Origin: Aplysia californica
Taxonomy: Eukaryota
Assembly: GCF_000002075.1 (NCBI RefSeq)
Contig: NW_004797395.1
Coordinates: 912,521 to 976,520, forward strand
Length of the DNA stretch: 64,000 nucleotides
Reading direction: 5' to 3'
Shown: positions 63,478 to 64,000 of the stretch, piece after piece
How positions within the stretch are numbered: position 1 is the stretch's first letter
Layout of the letters: each line of letters opens with the position of its first letter
Translations under genes and position numbers: made by a program
Notes under the pieces: model-generated
The model's input: only the letters and a program-made list of their open reading frames with translations
Databases searched by the model: none
What the model was told of the DNA's origin: nothing

Positions 63478-63834
63478 GTATGGCTTATGTTTTGCTGTAT
63501 AGTGTTCTGTTGTTGAGTAAAGATGAAATAAAGTGTTGGCCACTGACCTGTGCTTAGAGAGGCATTGTACAGGAAATGATATAAAAATGCAGGTGGGTTT
63601 AAAAAACCCTGAAATTATAGATTAATTTATTTATCGACAAATCAAATCTCATACGATATTTACTGTTTGTATGACATATTCAAACGTTGATGCCATTGAA
63701 CAGGTAAAAAAACTTTTTAGAATGACTGGCCACTATGACACCATTGGTAGCAGCTTTGACCAACAGCTGTTAGTTTGATTGTCGAATCTGAACAAAATCT
63801 GAACTTTTTATATCAGTTTTTTTGTTTGTTTGTT

Positions 63835-64000
63835 TTTGTAAAGTGTTTTACGGTGCTCGCATTTGCATAAGGTCATATGAGCGCGCAGGACACACCTAAT
63901 ATTTTCAGTTGGTAGGAAATTTTGAATTTTGCCCGGGTGGCGGCGGAAGCCTACTCTTATCGATTTTAGACCACCAAGGGATCTTTAACGTGCGCAACTT
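63835..64000 (-). mobile_element. SINE, same family as 25838-26312, truncated by window end
   Basis: Reverse complement of ~26138-26300. Confidence 0.8.

Overview
Repeat-rich animal genomic DNA, probably a lophotrochozoan/mollusc-type invertebrate (inferred from gene and repeat content). The scaffold is draft quality, with many N gaps between 38.4 and 57.4 kb. Two spliced genes reconstruct by hand with consistent GT-AG boundaries and phases: (1) a complete 8-coding-exon alpha-arrestin (ARRDC family, 431 aa, + strand, 7268-16912) with PPxY motifs; (2) the 5' part of a phosphoethanolamine N-methyltransferase (PEAMT/PMT, + strand, 61283 onward, truncated by the window end). Between them lie a ~16 kb T-rich, CpG-poor stretch after the ARRDC stop, which contains an unusual alternating two-motif array with variable spacers (23.7-24.1 kb); a decayed RTE LINE; a candidate TATA-driven orphan gene for a small hydrophobic-leader, Cys-containing peptide (42-58 kb); and two near-identical duplications that are probably assembly artefacts. 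Many non-autonomous elements can be delimited by TIRs and TSDs (P-like 7-bp TSD, Mutator-like 9-bp TSD, piggyBac-like TTAA). There are also several tRNA-headed SINE families and a palindrome-rich element family. Most ORF-track entries are spurious (microsatellites, gaps, repeats).
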